Source: a virus (lineage: Duplodnaviria; Caudoviricetes). From it: a stretch of DNA of 48,677 nucleotides. The translations under genes and the position numbers were made by a program. Of the stretch, positions 1 to 7,682 are shown in pieces. The stretch is from positions 1-48,677 of the IMG/VR virus record IMGVR_UViG_3300012041_000027; one strand, 5' to 3'. The notes under the pieces were generated by a model that searched no databases, was not told the DNA's origin, and worked only from the letters and a program-made list of their open reading frames with translations. The stretch's first letter is position 1; every line of letters starts with the position of its first letter.

Positions 1-212
1 AACGATTCCAAATCAGCTTCTTCCTTATCCCTCATGTCAATGATGGACTTGTAAGCGTTGTGTTTGGCTCTCATGACACTCATCTCCGCTTTGTAAACGT
101 AATGAGCTTCACGAATGTTCAATCCGTTAGCTGATGCAAAAGCAGCTTCGCCTTTACCTTCAGCAATCAAGATAGCCAAATGAGTTAGCGCGTCGTTACG
201 CATCTGATTCAT
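1..212 (-). CDS. Small early protein, 5' part. Continues across the junction into 48647-48677 (80 aa total, MNQMRNDALTHL...ESF|EEATFYKSK)
   Basis: ATG at 210-212 with AGAGGA RBS; frame stays open through base 1 into base 48677 and stops at TAA 48647-48649. Confidence 0.8.
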   Translation of the reverse strand, partial: MNQMRNDALTHLAILIAEGKGEAAFASANGLNIREAHYVYKAEMSVMRAKHNAYKSIIDMRDKEEADLES

Positions 213-239
213 AGTGTCCTCTTCTCTGTTGTGTTGGGA

Positions 240-271
240 CAGAATTAAGGCCACTAAGTAAACTCACTAGT
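240..271 (-). repeat. 5' arm of long-range stem 3 (pairs with 48615-48645)
   Basis: cagaattaaggccactaagtaaactcactagt is the near reverse complement of actagtgagcttatttagtggcctaatcctg. Confidence 0.9.
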
Positions 272-300
272 AAGCGATTTATTATGTTCGCTCTGCATAT

Positions 301-329
301 ATCTCGTAGGCTCTATTAGTGCCCTGATT
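301..329 (-). repeat. 3' arm of long-range stem 2 (pairs with 653-682)
   Basis: atctcgtaggctctattagtgccctgatt vs aatctagggcactaacagaacctacgagat. Confidence 0.9.
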
Positions 330-331
330 AG

Positions 332-433
332 TTACTTGTTATGCTCGCACTTGCATGGTTTTGGAAAAGCCTTGTCGATTGGCTTATCACAAACGTGGCA
401 CATCCATGTATGAAGTAGGATGTTATACCACAT
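332..433 (-). CDS. 33-aa Cys-rich peptide (MWYNILLHTWMCHVCDKPIDKAFPKPCKCEHNK), not in ORF track
   Basis: TGATG coupling to upstream ORF; CxxC and CxC motifs; stop lies just inside the stem-2 arm. Confidence 0.65.
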   Translation of the reverse strand: MWYNILLHTWMCHVCDKPIDKAFPKPCKCEHNK

Positions 434-639
434 CAAAAACCACCAACATCATTCACGTTAGAGAACATCTCTCTCGTAACGATGTCATACACGCTTCTCG
501 TTTCAGGCGTAGAAGCTTTGTATTTGTAGAGCCAGACCTGAGCAGCGTAGAGATTGTCGAATATGCAATGAACATATCCGTTCTCACACTGAATCATGTA
601 GACTAGCTTGTAGTTCTTCCACTTGTAGTTACTCTCCAT
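433..639 (-). CDS. Small early hypothetical protein
   Basis: ATG at 637-639 preceded by GAAGGGTG; ORF track 433..645. Confidence 0.75.
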   Translation of the reverse strand: MESNYKWKNYKLVYMIQCENGYVHCIFDNLYAAQVWLYKYKASTPETRSVYDIVTREMFSNVNDVGGF

Positions 640-652
640 TAACACCCTTCAC

Positions 653-682
653 AATCTAGGGCACTAACAGAACCTACGAGAT
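653..682 (-). repeat. 5' arm of long-range stem 2
   Basis: Reverse complement of 301-329 with two G-U pairs and one bulge. Confidence 0.9.
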
Positions 683-716
683 TACCTGTAACGCATTACT
701 TATGCGCCGCAGGCAA

Positions 717-749
717 AGGATTGTGGATTCTATGAAGTCTACCAATCTA
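717..749 (-). repeat. 3' arm of long-range stem 1 (pairs with 1477-1509)
   Basis: aggattgtggattctatgaagtctaccaatcta vs tagactggtagactttagagaacccacaatcct. Confidence 0.9.
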
Positions 750-760
750 AGGTTAACTAA

Positions 761-1456
761 CTAGTTCTCGTCCTCTTCGTCCTCTTCCGATTCATCATCC
801 GATTCATCATCGGAATCATCATCGGATTCGTCATCATCGTCAGGAACGTCGATGTCATCCAATTCCGGTGACTCATCAGAAGAAGAAACTTCCTCATCTT
901 TCGCCGGTTGAAGAACCACCCCGTTTTCATCAACGAGTGAAGAAGCCCAAAGACCTTTGGCAATCTGGTCCTTGATGAATGAACGCTGTTGTTCTGCCAA
1001 TTCCTCAAAGGACGGAACATGGACAGCATGCGTTCTCTTCATGAAAGCTTGCGTTTGAATCCAAATGCTTGCAAGATTCTCCGCATGCTTTTTGTCCATC
1101 GCAAGTCTCTGTTCAATGATGAATCGAACAAGACCGGACTTCTGTGATTGGTCTTGAATAGACTGGGAACGCCTAATCAAGTCGGCACCACGAAGGATAG
1201 CTTCCTTGAGAAGCCTGTTGGACAATCCCGTTTTTTCGACTGCGGTAATGCAGTCTTTTACGGTGACTTCCGGCGCATCCAAGAAGTCATAATCCCACTT
1301 CTTGACAACACGCGAAACAACCTTGCCTTGCTTGTTCTTTCGCGGCTTGGGAATACCAAAGGTTGTTACCTCTGTAGTTCCCTTTACGCCCTTACCACGA
1401 CGTGCAACGATACACGCGTGAAGTTTGAGAATCGCGTTCTTTACAATCTCACCCAT
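761..1456 (-). CDS. Early hypothetical protein, basic N-terminus and long Asp/Glu tail
   Basis: 231-aa ORF with AGGTG RBS; no family recognised. Confidence 0.85.
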   Translation of the reverse strand: MGEIVKNAILKLHACIVARRGKGVKGTTEVTTFGIPKPRKNKQGKVVSRVVKKWDYDFLDAPEVTVKDCITAVEKTGLSNRLLKEAILRGADLIRRSQSIQDQSQKSGLVRFIIEQRLAMDKKHAENLASIWIQTQAFMKRTHAVHVPSFEELAEQQRSFIKDQIAKGLWASSLVDENGVVLQPAKDEEVSSSDESPELDDIDVPDDDDESDDDSDDESDDESEEDEEDEN

Positions 1457-1476
1457 TCTACACCTACTCTCAGGAA

Positions 1477-1509
1477 TAGACTGGTAGACTTTAGAGAACC
1501 CACAATCCT
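1477..1509 (-). repeat. 5' arm of long-range stem 1
   Basis: 33 bp with 2 G-U and 2 true mismatches against 717-749. Confidence 0.9.
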
Positions 1510-1623
1510 ATTCGCTTGCTACTATTCCGTTGGATACCACGTTATCACAACACGGTGACTCACAAGCATAGCTGTTACAATCATGTCTCACGACATTAGC
1601 TGACGGCCAAAACAGCGGGCCAA

Positions 1624-1643
1624 TATTCGGTTGTCAAAGAGCT
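1624..1643 (-). promoter_or_regulatory. boxA-like antitermination element
   Basis: Minus strand AGCTCTTTGACAACCGAATA resembles rrn boxA (E. coli TGCTCTTTAACA). Confidence 0.65.
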
Positions 1644-1850
1644 ATGGCTAAAGCTATCGCTAGGAAAAGCGTTCATGCTCCAACGGTAGAACGAGAGCAT
1701 CCGTCTTAACGTTAATGCTAGGCTCCATTACTGCACTCTACAGTAACCATCCAACATCAACCATCAACCAACATGGACATCATACACCAGATAGGCCGCC
1801 AACCTAATGCATAGTTCTAATGATAGGATAAGCCATGCTAATGACCACCT

Positions 1851-1940
1851 TGTGCGGTAATCGCCCATCTGTGCGGTAAGCGCACAATTAGTACGGTTTC
1901 GTAGTGTTCGATAATCGCACGTTTGTTCGGTAATCGAACG
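1851..1940. repeat. Four 17-bp palindromic operator-like sites, TGTKCG-N5-CGMACR
   Basis: Copies at 1851, 1870, 1905, 1924. Confidence 0.75.
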
Positions 1941-2090
1941 CTCGCGCATATTTATTCTTAGCTGCATATTTATGCACTAATGCGTTAGTACTAATCGACT
2001 AGTACGAAGGCCCTAGTACGACCCCTTTCGTAGTTCGGTCCCACTGAACACTGTAGGCGGAAGGTAGATACTGATTGTTTTTCTATAGTT

Positions 2091-2140
2091 TATAAAAAAT
2101 TATAAAAAATTATAAAAAATTATAAAAAATGATAAAAAAT
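2091..2140. repeat. 10-bp tandem repeat (TATAAAAAAT x4, GATAAAAAAT), phased A-tracts
   Basis: Directly visible. Confidence 0.95.
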
Positions 2141-2170
2141 GAAAATTTAAAAATGAAAGAGAAAAATCTA

Positions 2171-2275
2171 TTGGGACACATAAATTGGGACATATTATGT
2201 ACAGAGTTGGGACAGTGTAGGGACAGCCACTTTTCCTAGCAAAAACGTGATTTTTTTAGCTTGACACTTGGGACA
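2171..2275 (+). repeat. Five TWGGGACA direct repeats
   Basis: Copies at 2171, 2185, 2207, 2218, 2268. Confidence 0.85.
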
Positions 2276-2289
2276 CTTTATGCTACCCT
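2261..2289 (+). promoter_or_regulatory. Sigma70-type promoter of the virion operon
   Basis: TTGACA-17 bp-TACCCT with extended TG, 21 bp before the first gene. Confidence 0.65.
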
Positions 2290-2310
2290 AGAGAGGCAAT
2301 TGGAGAATCT

Positions 2311-2877
2311 ATGTATATCAATAAAGAAGAATTAGAAAAACGATTAAATAGAACCGAACTAGTTATTAAGAAAAAAATAAGAGCGGATAGAAAAACCGCT
2401 ACTATTGATGAAGAAGGAAATAAGGTTAATGGAGAAAAGAGACTAACTAATGAAGAACGAACTACTATTGGAATCCTATCTGAACTAGATACTAATAAGA
2501 ACATTGCTGAACTATTAGGAGTCTCAGAACAAACAGTCTCTAATGCTTCAAGAGGTTTAACATCACCTACCATTGGAGTAGATAAGGAACTAAAAGAGGG
2601 TGTTACTAAAGGAATCGAAAAGCTCGGTATCGAAAAGATGGACCGGGAAAAGATTATTCAAGATCAATTACTTACTAACCTGGCAGCCGCGCTAGGTCAC
2701 GTAGCAAACAATTTAGATACTACTGATGCAGTTGAGGCTAGCAAGATTGCTTCAGATATGTCTAGGATTCTTTCATCTGTAACTGGACAGAACGATAATC
2801 GTGGCTCCAGAACAGCAATCATTATCAACGTGCCAGCAATGAAAGATGAAAAGTCTTACCAGACGATTACAGTTTAG
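2311..2877 (+). CDS. HTH protein, putative terminase small subunit
   Basis: HTH NKNIAELLGVSEQTVSNA, helical middle, C-terminal beta strand AIIINVP; first gene of the packaging operon. Confidence 0.55.
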   Translation: MYINKEELEKRLNRTELVIKKKIRADRKTATIDEEGNKVNGEKRLTNEERTTIGILSELDTNKNIAELLGVSEQTVSNASRGLTSPTIGVDKELKEGVTKGIEKLGIEKMDREKIIQDQLLTNLAAALGHVANNLDTTDAVEASKIASDMSRILSSVTGQNDNRGSRTAIIINVPAMKDEKSYQTITV

Positions 2878-2906
2878 ATGTTTTACAATCAAGTTAAAGG
2901 TGTTTA

Positions 2907-3317
2907 ATGTTAAAGTTAATGTGTGTAGCTCTAGCTCTAGCTATGTCAATTCATTGCACTAGAGTTATTTATCCACCAACTGGGCCGAGTCAAACAACAA
3001 ATGTTACGCCGACTATTACGAAAGATATTGTATCGTTTAGGGTTCTTGGAAATGCTGTAGGTGCCAAGGTTCGTTTCTCCAACTCAATTGATGGATTGAA
3101 TCAGATTACTACTTCATTACCATTCCAGCAGTCTATTGAATCAGCTAAAGATAATGCTTTCTTTTACTTAGAAGCAACATCAAATGGATACCCAGCGTCA
3201 GTATCTAATCCATTCCTATCAGTACAAATTGTTGTTAATGGAAATTTATTCAGAGAAGCAAGTACCACTTCAGTATTCTTTGACACGATAACTGTTTCTG
3301 GAACCTATCACCGGTGA
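2907..3317 (+). CDS. Putative lipoprotein with small beta-sandwich domain
   Basis: Signal-peptide-like N-terminus ending in Cys, Pro/Thr linker, beta-rich remainder. Confidence 0.55.
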   Translation: MLKLMCVALALAMSIHCTRVIYPPTGPSQTTNVTPTITKDIVSFRVLGNAVGAKVRFSNSIDGLNQITTSLPFQQSIESAKDNAFFYLEATSNGYPASVSNPFLSVQIVVNGNLFREASTTSVFFDTITVSGTYHR

Positions 3318-3324
3318 TTTAATC

Positions 3325-3543
3325 ATGCCAACAGAGTTATTGTCATCGTCTGTTGTAACAGCAATTACTCAGAATACTGTATATGCTTTGCCATTTAAAG
3401 CGTGTATAATTCAGTCTGATGCTGCTGTTGAATTAGCAGGAACAATTACTGGACCTTGGACAGCATATACACCTGGAAGTTTTACTGCTGCTTCATTTGT
3501 CCGTTGCCCTTCCGCCAATACTAATATTTCTGTTAAAGTATAA
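3325..3543 (+). CDS. 72-aa virion accessory protein, paralogue of the next gene's N-terminus
   Basis: Shared VYALP..II.SD..E.A.TI.GPWTA..TAA.FVRC. Confidence 0.75.
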   Translation: MPTELLSSSVVTAITQNTVYALPFKACIIQSDAAVELAGTITGPWTAYTPGSFTAASFVRCPSANTNISVKV

Positions 3544-4442
3544 TGCCTACACAGCTGATTGATTTAGGTGTGCCAACTCCTGTTTTATCAGGAGTAGTAT
3601 ATGCTTTGCCAGAAGGAGCAGGTATTATTCATTCTGATAATCCACTTGAAGTAGCTTTAACTATCAATGGACCTTGGACAGCAAAATCAAATATTAATAC
3701 AGCGGCAGCATTTGTTAGATGTTCAACTAATACAATACTTACTGTTAATCTTTCTAAAGTTACATCAGGAGCATCAGCTGTAATTCCACCAGCATTAACA
3801 TACCAACAACAAGTTCTAGCTGATGGTGCCTCTGCATACTGGCCGATGAATGATGCATCATCACCAATTACAGATTTAGCTGGCTCACGTAATATTACAT
3901 CAATTACTGGTAGTCCAACATATGGTGTAGCTGGTCCACGTTCATTAACTGCAATGAGTTTTTCTAGAACTGCATCAGCAATTCCACCATCATCAGTTCC
4001 AGTAGGAATTAGTTTTACACTGGAAGCATGGATTCGTCGTACTGCTATATATCCTCGTGCATTTATTATGGCACGTAATCTAACGGCTCAGAATGACTGG
4101 TATCTAGCATTTAATACATCATCAGGTGACAGACTTCAATTTGTTTATCGTGATGCTTCAGTCTCTAATACATTATTCTTTCCAATGACATTTCCATTGA
4201 ATACATGGACTCACATAGTTCTTGTAATTACTGGAACTGTTGTTCAGTTGTATGTTAATGGTGTTGCTGCTGGTTCATCTCAAGCATTATTAACGTTAGG
4301 TGGATTAGGTAGTGGTGCATTTCAATTAGCTTCAACTTCAGGTGCTCCATCAGAAGCATGGGGCGGACAATTAGCGGATTTAGCAATCTATCCATTAGTT
4401 CTTTCTGAAGCTAAAATTCTAGCCCATTCAACTGCTCTTTAG
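3543..4442 (+). CDS. LamG/concanavalin A-like domain virion protein
   Basis: AYWPMND, FTLEAWI, WTHIVLV, LYVNG, LADLAIY..LS...I..H motifs. Confidence 0.85.
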   Translation: MPTQLIDLGVPTPVLSGVVYALPEGAGIIHSDNPLEVALTINGPWTAKSNINTAAAFVRCSTNTILTVNLSKVTSGASAVIPPALTYQQQVLADGASAYWPMNDASSPITDLAGSRNITSITGSPTYGVAGPRSLTAMSFSRTASAIPPSSVPVGISFTLEAWIRRTAIYPRAFIMARNLTAQNDWYLAFNTSSGDRLQFVYRDASVSNTLFFPMTFPLNTWTHIVLVITGTVVQLYVNGVAAGSSQALLTLGGLGSGAFQLASTSGAPSEAWGGQLADLAIYPLVLSEAKILAHSTAL

Positions 4443-4452
4443 AGAAGAAGAA

Positions 4453-4695
4453 ATGACTCTAGGTGATTGGGAAGTAACAGTGTCAAAAGAAGAAGAGTTT
4501 GAAAACCAACCAGGTAATCCTGGTGCTGGTAGACAGCGAATGGTTTTCTATGACTTCAAACATGTTCCATCAAACCATGTTCTCCACTTCATGATTCAGT
4601 TCATTAAGCCGCTTTCTGATGAGGCAATAGAAGAACACTTAACCAAGTTCACTAGCCAACTCAAAACCGCTTTCATCGACCCACTTTCTAATTAG
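4453..4695 (+). CDS. Hypothetical protein
   Basis: ORF in tightly packed operon. Confidence 0.7.
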   Translation: MTLGDWEVTVSKEEEFENQPGNPGAGRQRMVFYDFKHVPSNHVLHFMIQFIKPLSDEAIEEHLTKFTSQLKTAFIDPLSN

Positions 4696-4705
4696 GAGAA
4701 TTCAA

Positions 4706-5041
4706 ATGGATGAAAAGAAACTTGCTGCTAAATCTGTTGAAGTAAAAGAATCTACCAAAGACGTAGTAGTGCCGAAAACGATGCGTATGATGCTATTAGA
4801 AGAACAACTAGCTCATCCTGCTCTATTTGTAAGAGCACACTTGCCATCTAATATTGACGATCCTATTCCAGATCCCCCAGTTCTTACTCCATTAACTCCA
4901 GAAGAACAGAAACGTGCTGATGCAAAGGCAGAACTTCTAAAACAGATTGGTGAGATTCTTAAGACGTATGGAGATAGGGAAGCTGATATTCCTGCTGCTT
5001 CTCCCTACTGGTCATTGCTTGCTCAATACAGAGCAATGTAA
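4706..5041 (+). CDS. Hypothetical protein
   Basis: AGGAG RBS, operon context. Confidence 0.8.
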   Translation: MDEKKLAAKSVEVKESTKDVVVPKTMRMMLLEEQLAHPALFVRAHLPSNIDDPIPDPPVLTPLTPEEQKRADAKAELLKQIGEILKTYGDREADIPAASPYWSLLAQYRAM

Positions 5042-5066
5042 TCAGTTTTGCTAAATAGATAAAGAG

Positions 5067-5795
5067 ATGCCAATTGTCCAAAAGAAACCAGAAAGGATAA
5101 GTCCCAATAAAGGTAAGGACATCAACTTACCTTTAAAAGGTTTACCTGAACGATTTCCAACTGGTAGAAAAGCAAGTCATCCAGCAGGTTTACCAGAATC
5201 TTTACGTGAGAGATTAATCAAGTCAGAGGGTTTAACTACTGGAACAATGCACGTTGACGATATACCTTACTTGGAGCAATATCTACATCCTGAATATGAG
5301 GTTCTAGAAAGACAGAAGTTAAGACCTACTAAGAATCCGCGTGGAACAGATAATTTAGAATTCTTTAGACCTAATCGTGAGGAGACTGAAGTTTACGATC
5401 AAAAAGATATTGATAAGTTATCATCAGATTTTAGGGGAAACGAGGGGCAGAAACAAGAAGCAATTAAGAAATTGACCAAACAGCCAGCAGTAGCTTTAAA
5501 CTTACAGGGATTAGGAAATATAACTTCTTCATCCGGTAAAGATTACGATAGTATTTATGACACCTGGGATTTCAATACAGATACTCCACTAATTAGGGCT
5601 AATACACCTGGTCCTAAGAATATAATAGAGAGAGTACCAGAAAATATTGCGAGATCAATTATGAGTAAAGTGGGTAAACCTTATCATGTTTATGAAAGAA
5701 TACCAAAAGGTTCTTATGGAATTATTAAAGATAGTGATGCAATTCAACCATCTACTCGCTTTAGAGATATAAATTTACCTAAAAAGAAGAAATGA
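5067..5795 (+). CDS. Hypothetical protein
   Basis: 242-aa ORF, ATGA overlap with TerL. Confidence 0.75.
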   Translation: MPIVQKKPERISPNKGKDINLPLKGLPERFPTGRKASHPAGLPESLRERLIKSEGLTTGTMHVDDIPYLEQYLHPEYEVLERQKLRPTKNPRGTDNLEFFRPNREETEVYDQKDIDKLSSDFRGNEGQKQEAIKKLTKQPAVALNLQGLGNITSSSGKDYDSIYDTWDFNTDTPLIRANTPGPKNIIERVPENIARSIMSKVGKPYHVYERIPKGSYGIIKDSDAIQPSTRFRDINLPKKKK

Positions 5796-7450
5796 CACAA
5801 GTATCAGTTCAGTCGGTAGTAGAAAGAGAATTTACTCCGACTAAGAAACAAAACGATTTCATTTCAATTCCCTGGACTGTAAAGGAAGCTCTCTACGGTG
5901 GAGCAGCAGGAGCAGGAAAAACAGAACTAATTATTTGGCTACCTTTAATCTATCAATTCCACGAACACCCATTATATAAAGGTATTATCTTACGTCGTAA
6001 TTTAAAGCAGTTAGAAACAGAGTTAATAAGTCGAAGTAAAGAGATTTACCCAAGTCTAGGTGGAGTGTTTAATGAAACTAAGAAGAAATGGACCTTTCCC
6101 AGTGGAGCAGTACAATATTTTGGTGGAGCAGATAAAGAAGATGATATTAGAAAGTTCGACTCCGACCAATATAATCTCATCTCATATGACGAGGCAACCC
6201 ATTTTACCGAATTCCAATATTCATACCTTGTTATGTCCCGTTTGCGCTCTCGATGCTTTGACTTACCTGCTATTGCAAGAAGTGGAACCAACCCAGGAAA
6301 CGTTGGACATGCTTATTTTAAGAACCGATTCGTTAAACCAGATAAGAATGGATACAAATTAATTGTTGATTCCAAAACCGGACTTAAAAGATTATTTATT
6401 CCGGCTAAGATTCAGGATAATCCAGCACTATTAGCTAATAATCCTGATTATATTCAACAGTTAATGTCTCTGTCAGAAGCAGAGAAAAAAGCTAAACTTT
6501 ATGGAGATTGGGACACTTATGAAGGGCAAGTCTTTAAAGAATTCAGACTTGAGCCCCTATCAGATGAACCTGATAATGCAAGACATGTTATTGAGCCTTT
6601 CAGTTTACCGAATTGGTGGCCGAGATTTATTGGAATTGATTGGGGATACAAGGCTTACACAGTTATCTACTGGGCTGCCCTTGCACCAACTGGCAGGGTA
6701 TTTATTTATCGCGAATACGCATTTAAGGAAAAGAAGGTCGTTAGTTACTTAACTGATTTGATTAACCTAACAACGCCAGAAGAACGAGAATTATTATCAA
6801 AGGTTAGGATTTGTCATTCAGCAGACCAGAACAAAGGTGAACCATCTACTATTTATGAGCAATTAACAAAGGCTTTACGACATGCTAATTTTAAGTGTGG
6901 AATTGAACTAGGTGAGAAGAATAGATTAAATGGAAAACTAGTTCTTCATGAATATTTAAGGTGGCAACCAAAAGAAAACCCTGCTAAGATTTATGGGGGA
7001 GATTTTGATAAGGAATATGCAGATAAAATTTTCAGATTATATGGACAGCAATCTTATGTAGAATATGTAAAGATGTTTGAGACTGAGAAAGAAGAAACTA
7101 ATATTCCTAAACTTCAAATCTTTAATACTTGTGAAATGTTAATTGAAACTATTCCAGCTTGTGTATACGAAGCGTCACCGGATGAAGGAAAGAAGAAAGA
7201 GGATGTAGCTGAGTTTGATGGTGACGATCCTTATGATTGCATTAGAATTTTACTATCAGGAATTAGAGAGTATCAGGTAGCAAATGCAAAAGATTTTGAA
7301 CATGCTGCAAAGACTCAAGAAGCTATTACAGGACTTGCTAGCGGCGACCAAACGTCCTTTTACCGGAAAATGGAGTTCTTGGAGAGTAGGAAACAACTCG
7401 CCGAAAATGAAACCACTTTCCGTCGTAGAGGCTTTAGAAGGTACCATTGA
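5792..7450 (+). CDS. terL: Terminase large subunit
   Basis: Walker A YGGAAGAGKT, Walker B ISYDEA, TNPG motif, nuclease GIDWGY and DDPYD. Confidence 0.95.
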   Translation: MTQVSVQSVVEREFTPTKKQNDFISIPWTVKEALYGGAAGAGKTELIIWLPLIYQFHEHPLYKGIILRRNLKQLETELISRSKEIYPSLGGVFNETKKKWTFPSGAVQYFGGADKEDDIRKFDSDQYNLISYDEATHFTEFQYSYLVMSRLRSRCFDLPAIARSGTNPGNVGHAYFKNRFVKPDKNGYKLIVDSKTGLKRLFIPAKIQDNPALLANNPDYIQQLMSLSEAEKKAKLYGDWDTYEGQVFKEFRLEPLSDEPDNARHVIEPFSLPNWWPRFIGIDWGYKAYTVIYWAALAPTGRVFIYREYAFKEKKVVSYLTDLINLTTPEERELLSKVRICHSADQNKGEPSTIYEQLTKALRHANFKCGIELGEKNRLNGKLVLHEYLRWQPKENPAKIYGGDFDKEYADKIFRLYGQQSYVEYVKMFETEKEETNIPKLQIFNTCEMLIETIPACVYEASPDEGKKKEDVAEFDGDDPYDCIRILLSGIREYQVANAKDFEHAAKTQEAITGLASGDQTSFYRKMEFLESRKQLAENETTFRRRGFRRYH

Positions 7451-7682
7451 ATCTCAAAAAGAATTCATTGTCTACCTTCAAGATGAACTGAACTGGTTAA
7501 GAGCTTTCTTAAGAGAAGATAAAATTGAACGAGTTAAGAACGAAGTTGAATTTAAGAGTGCCCGGGGTTATCGTTCAGTTCATACAAAGATACGGGAACA
7601 AGTTCTGGCTAATAAATTAAAGCATTCTCCGTATCCATTAACGCCGGAAACTCATGCTTTTGATACAGAAATAGAAGAATAA
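7407..7682 (+). CDS. Small coiled-coil hypothetical protein (likely start ATG 7407)
   Basis: Fills the TerL-portal gap; TAATG coupling to portal. Confidence 0.65.
   Translation: MKPLSVVEALEGTIESQKEFIVYLQDELNWLRAFLREDKIERVKNEVEFKSARGYRSVHTKIREQVLANKLKHSPYPLTPETHAFDTEIEE

Noticed and set aside
240-1509. Integron attC cassettes or IS/MITE terminal repeats
   Set aside because: The arms enclose whole genes rather than forming a compact downstream site, and each pair differs. I see no integrase, transposase or target duplication, and the wobble bias favours RNA.
1631-1636. TTGACA as a -35 box on the minus strand
   Set aside because: There is no -10 at 17 bp (TGTTTT); the wider context fits boxA better.
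1764-1967. 67-aa ORF
   Set aside because: It overlaps the operator array, has no RBS, and its peptide repeats merely mirror the DNA repeats.
1944-1977. Tandem ARG-box-like GCATATTTAT sites
   Set aside because: The 18-bp spacing does not match the usual 20-21 bp and nothing else supports it.
1851-2275. CRISPR or mini-array
   Set aside because: The repeats are too short and lack regular unique spacers. The Cas4-like gene is an ordinary phage recombination nuclease.
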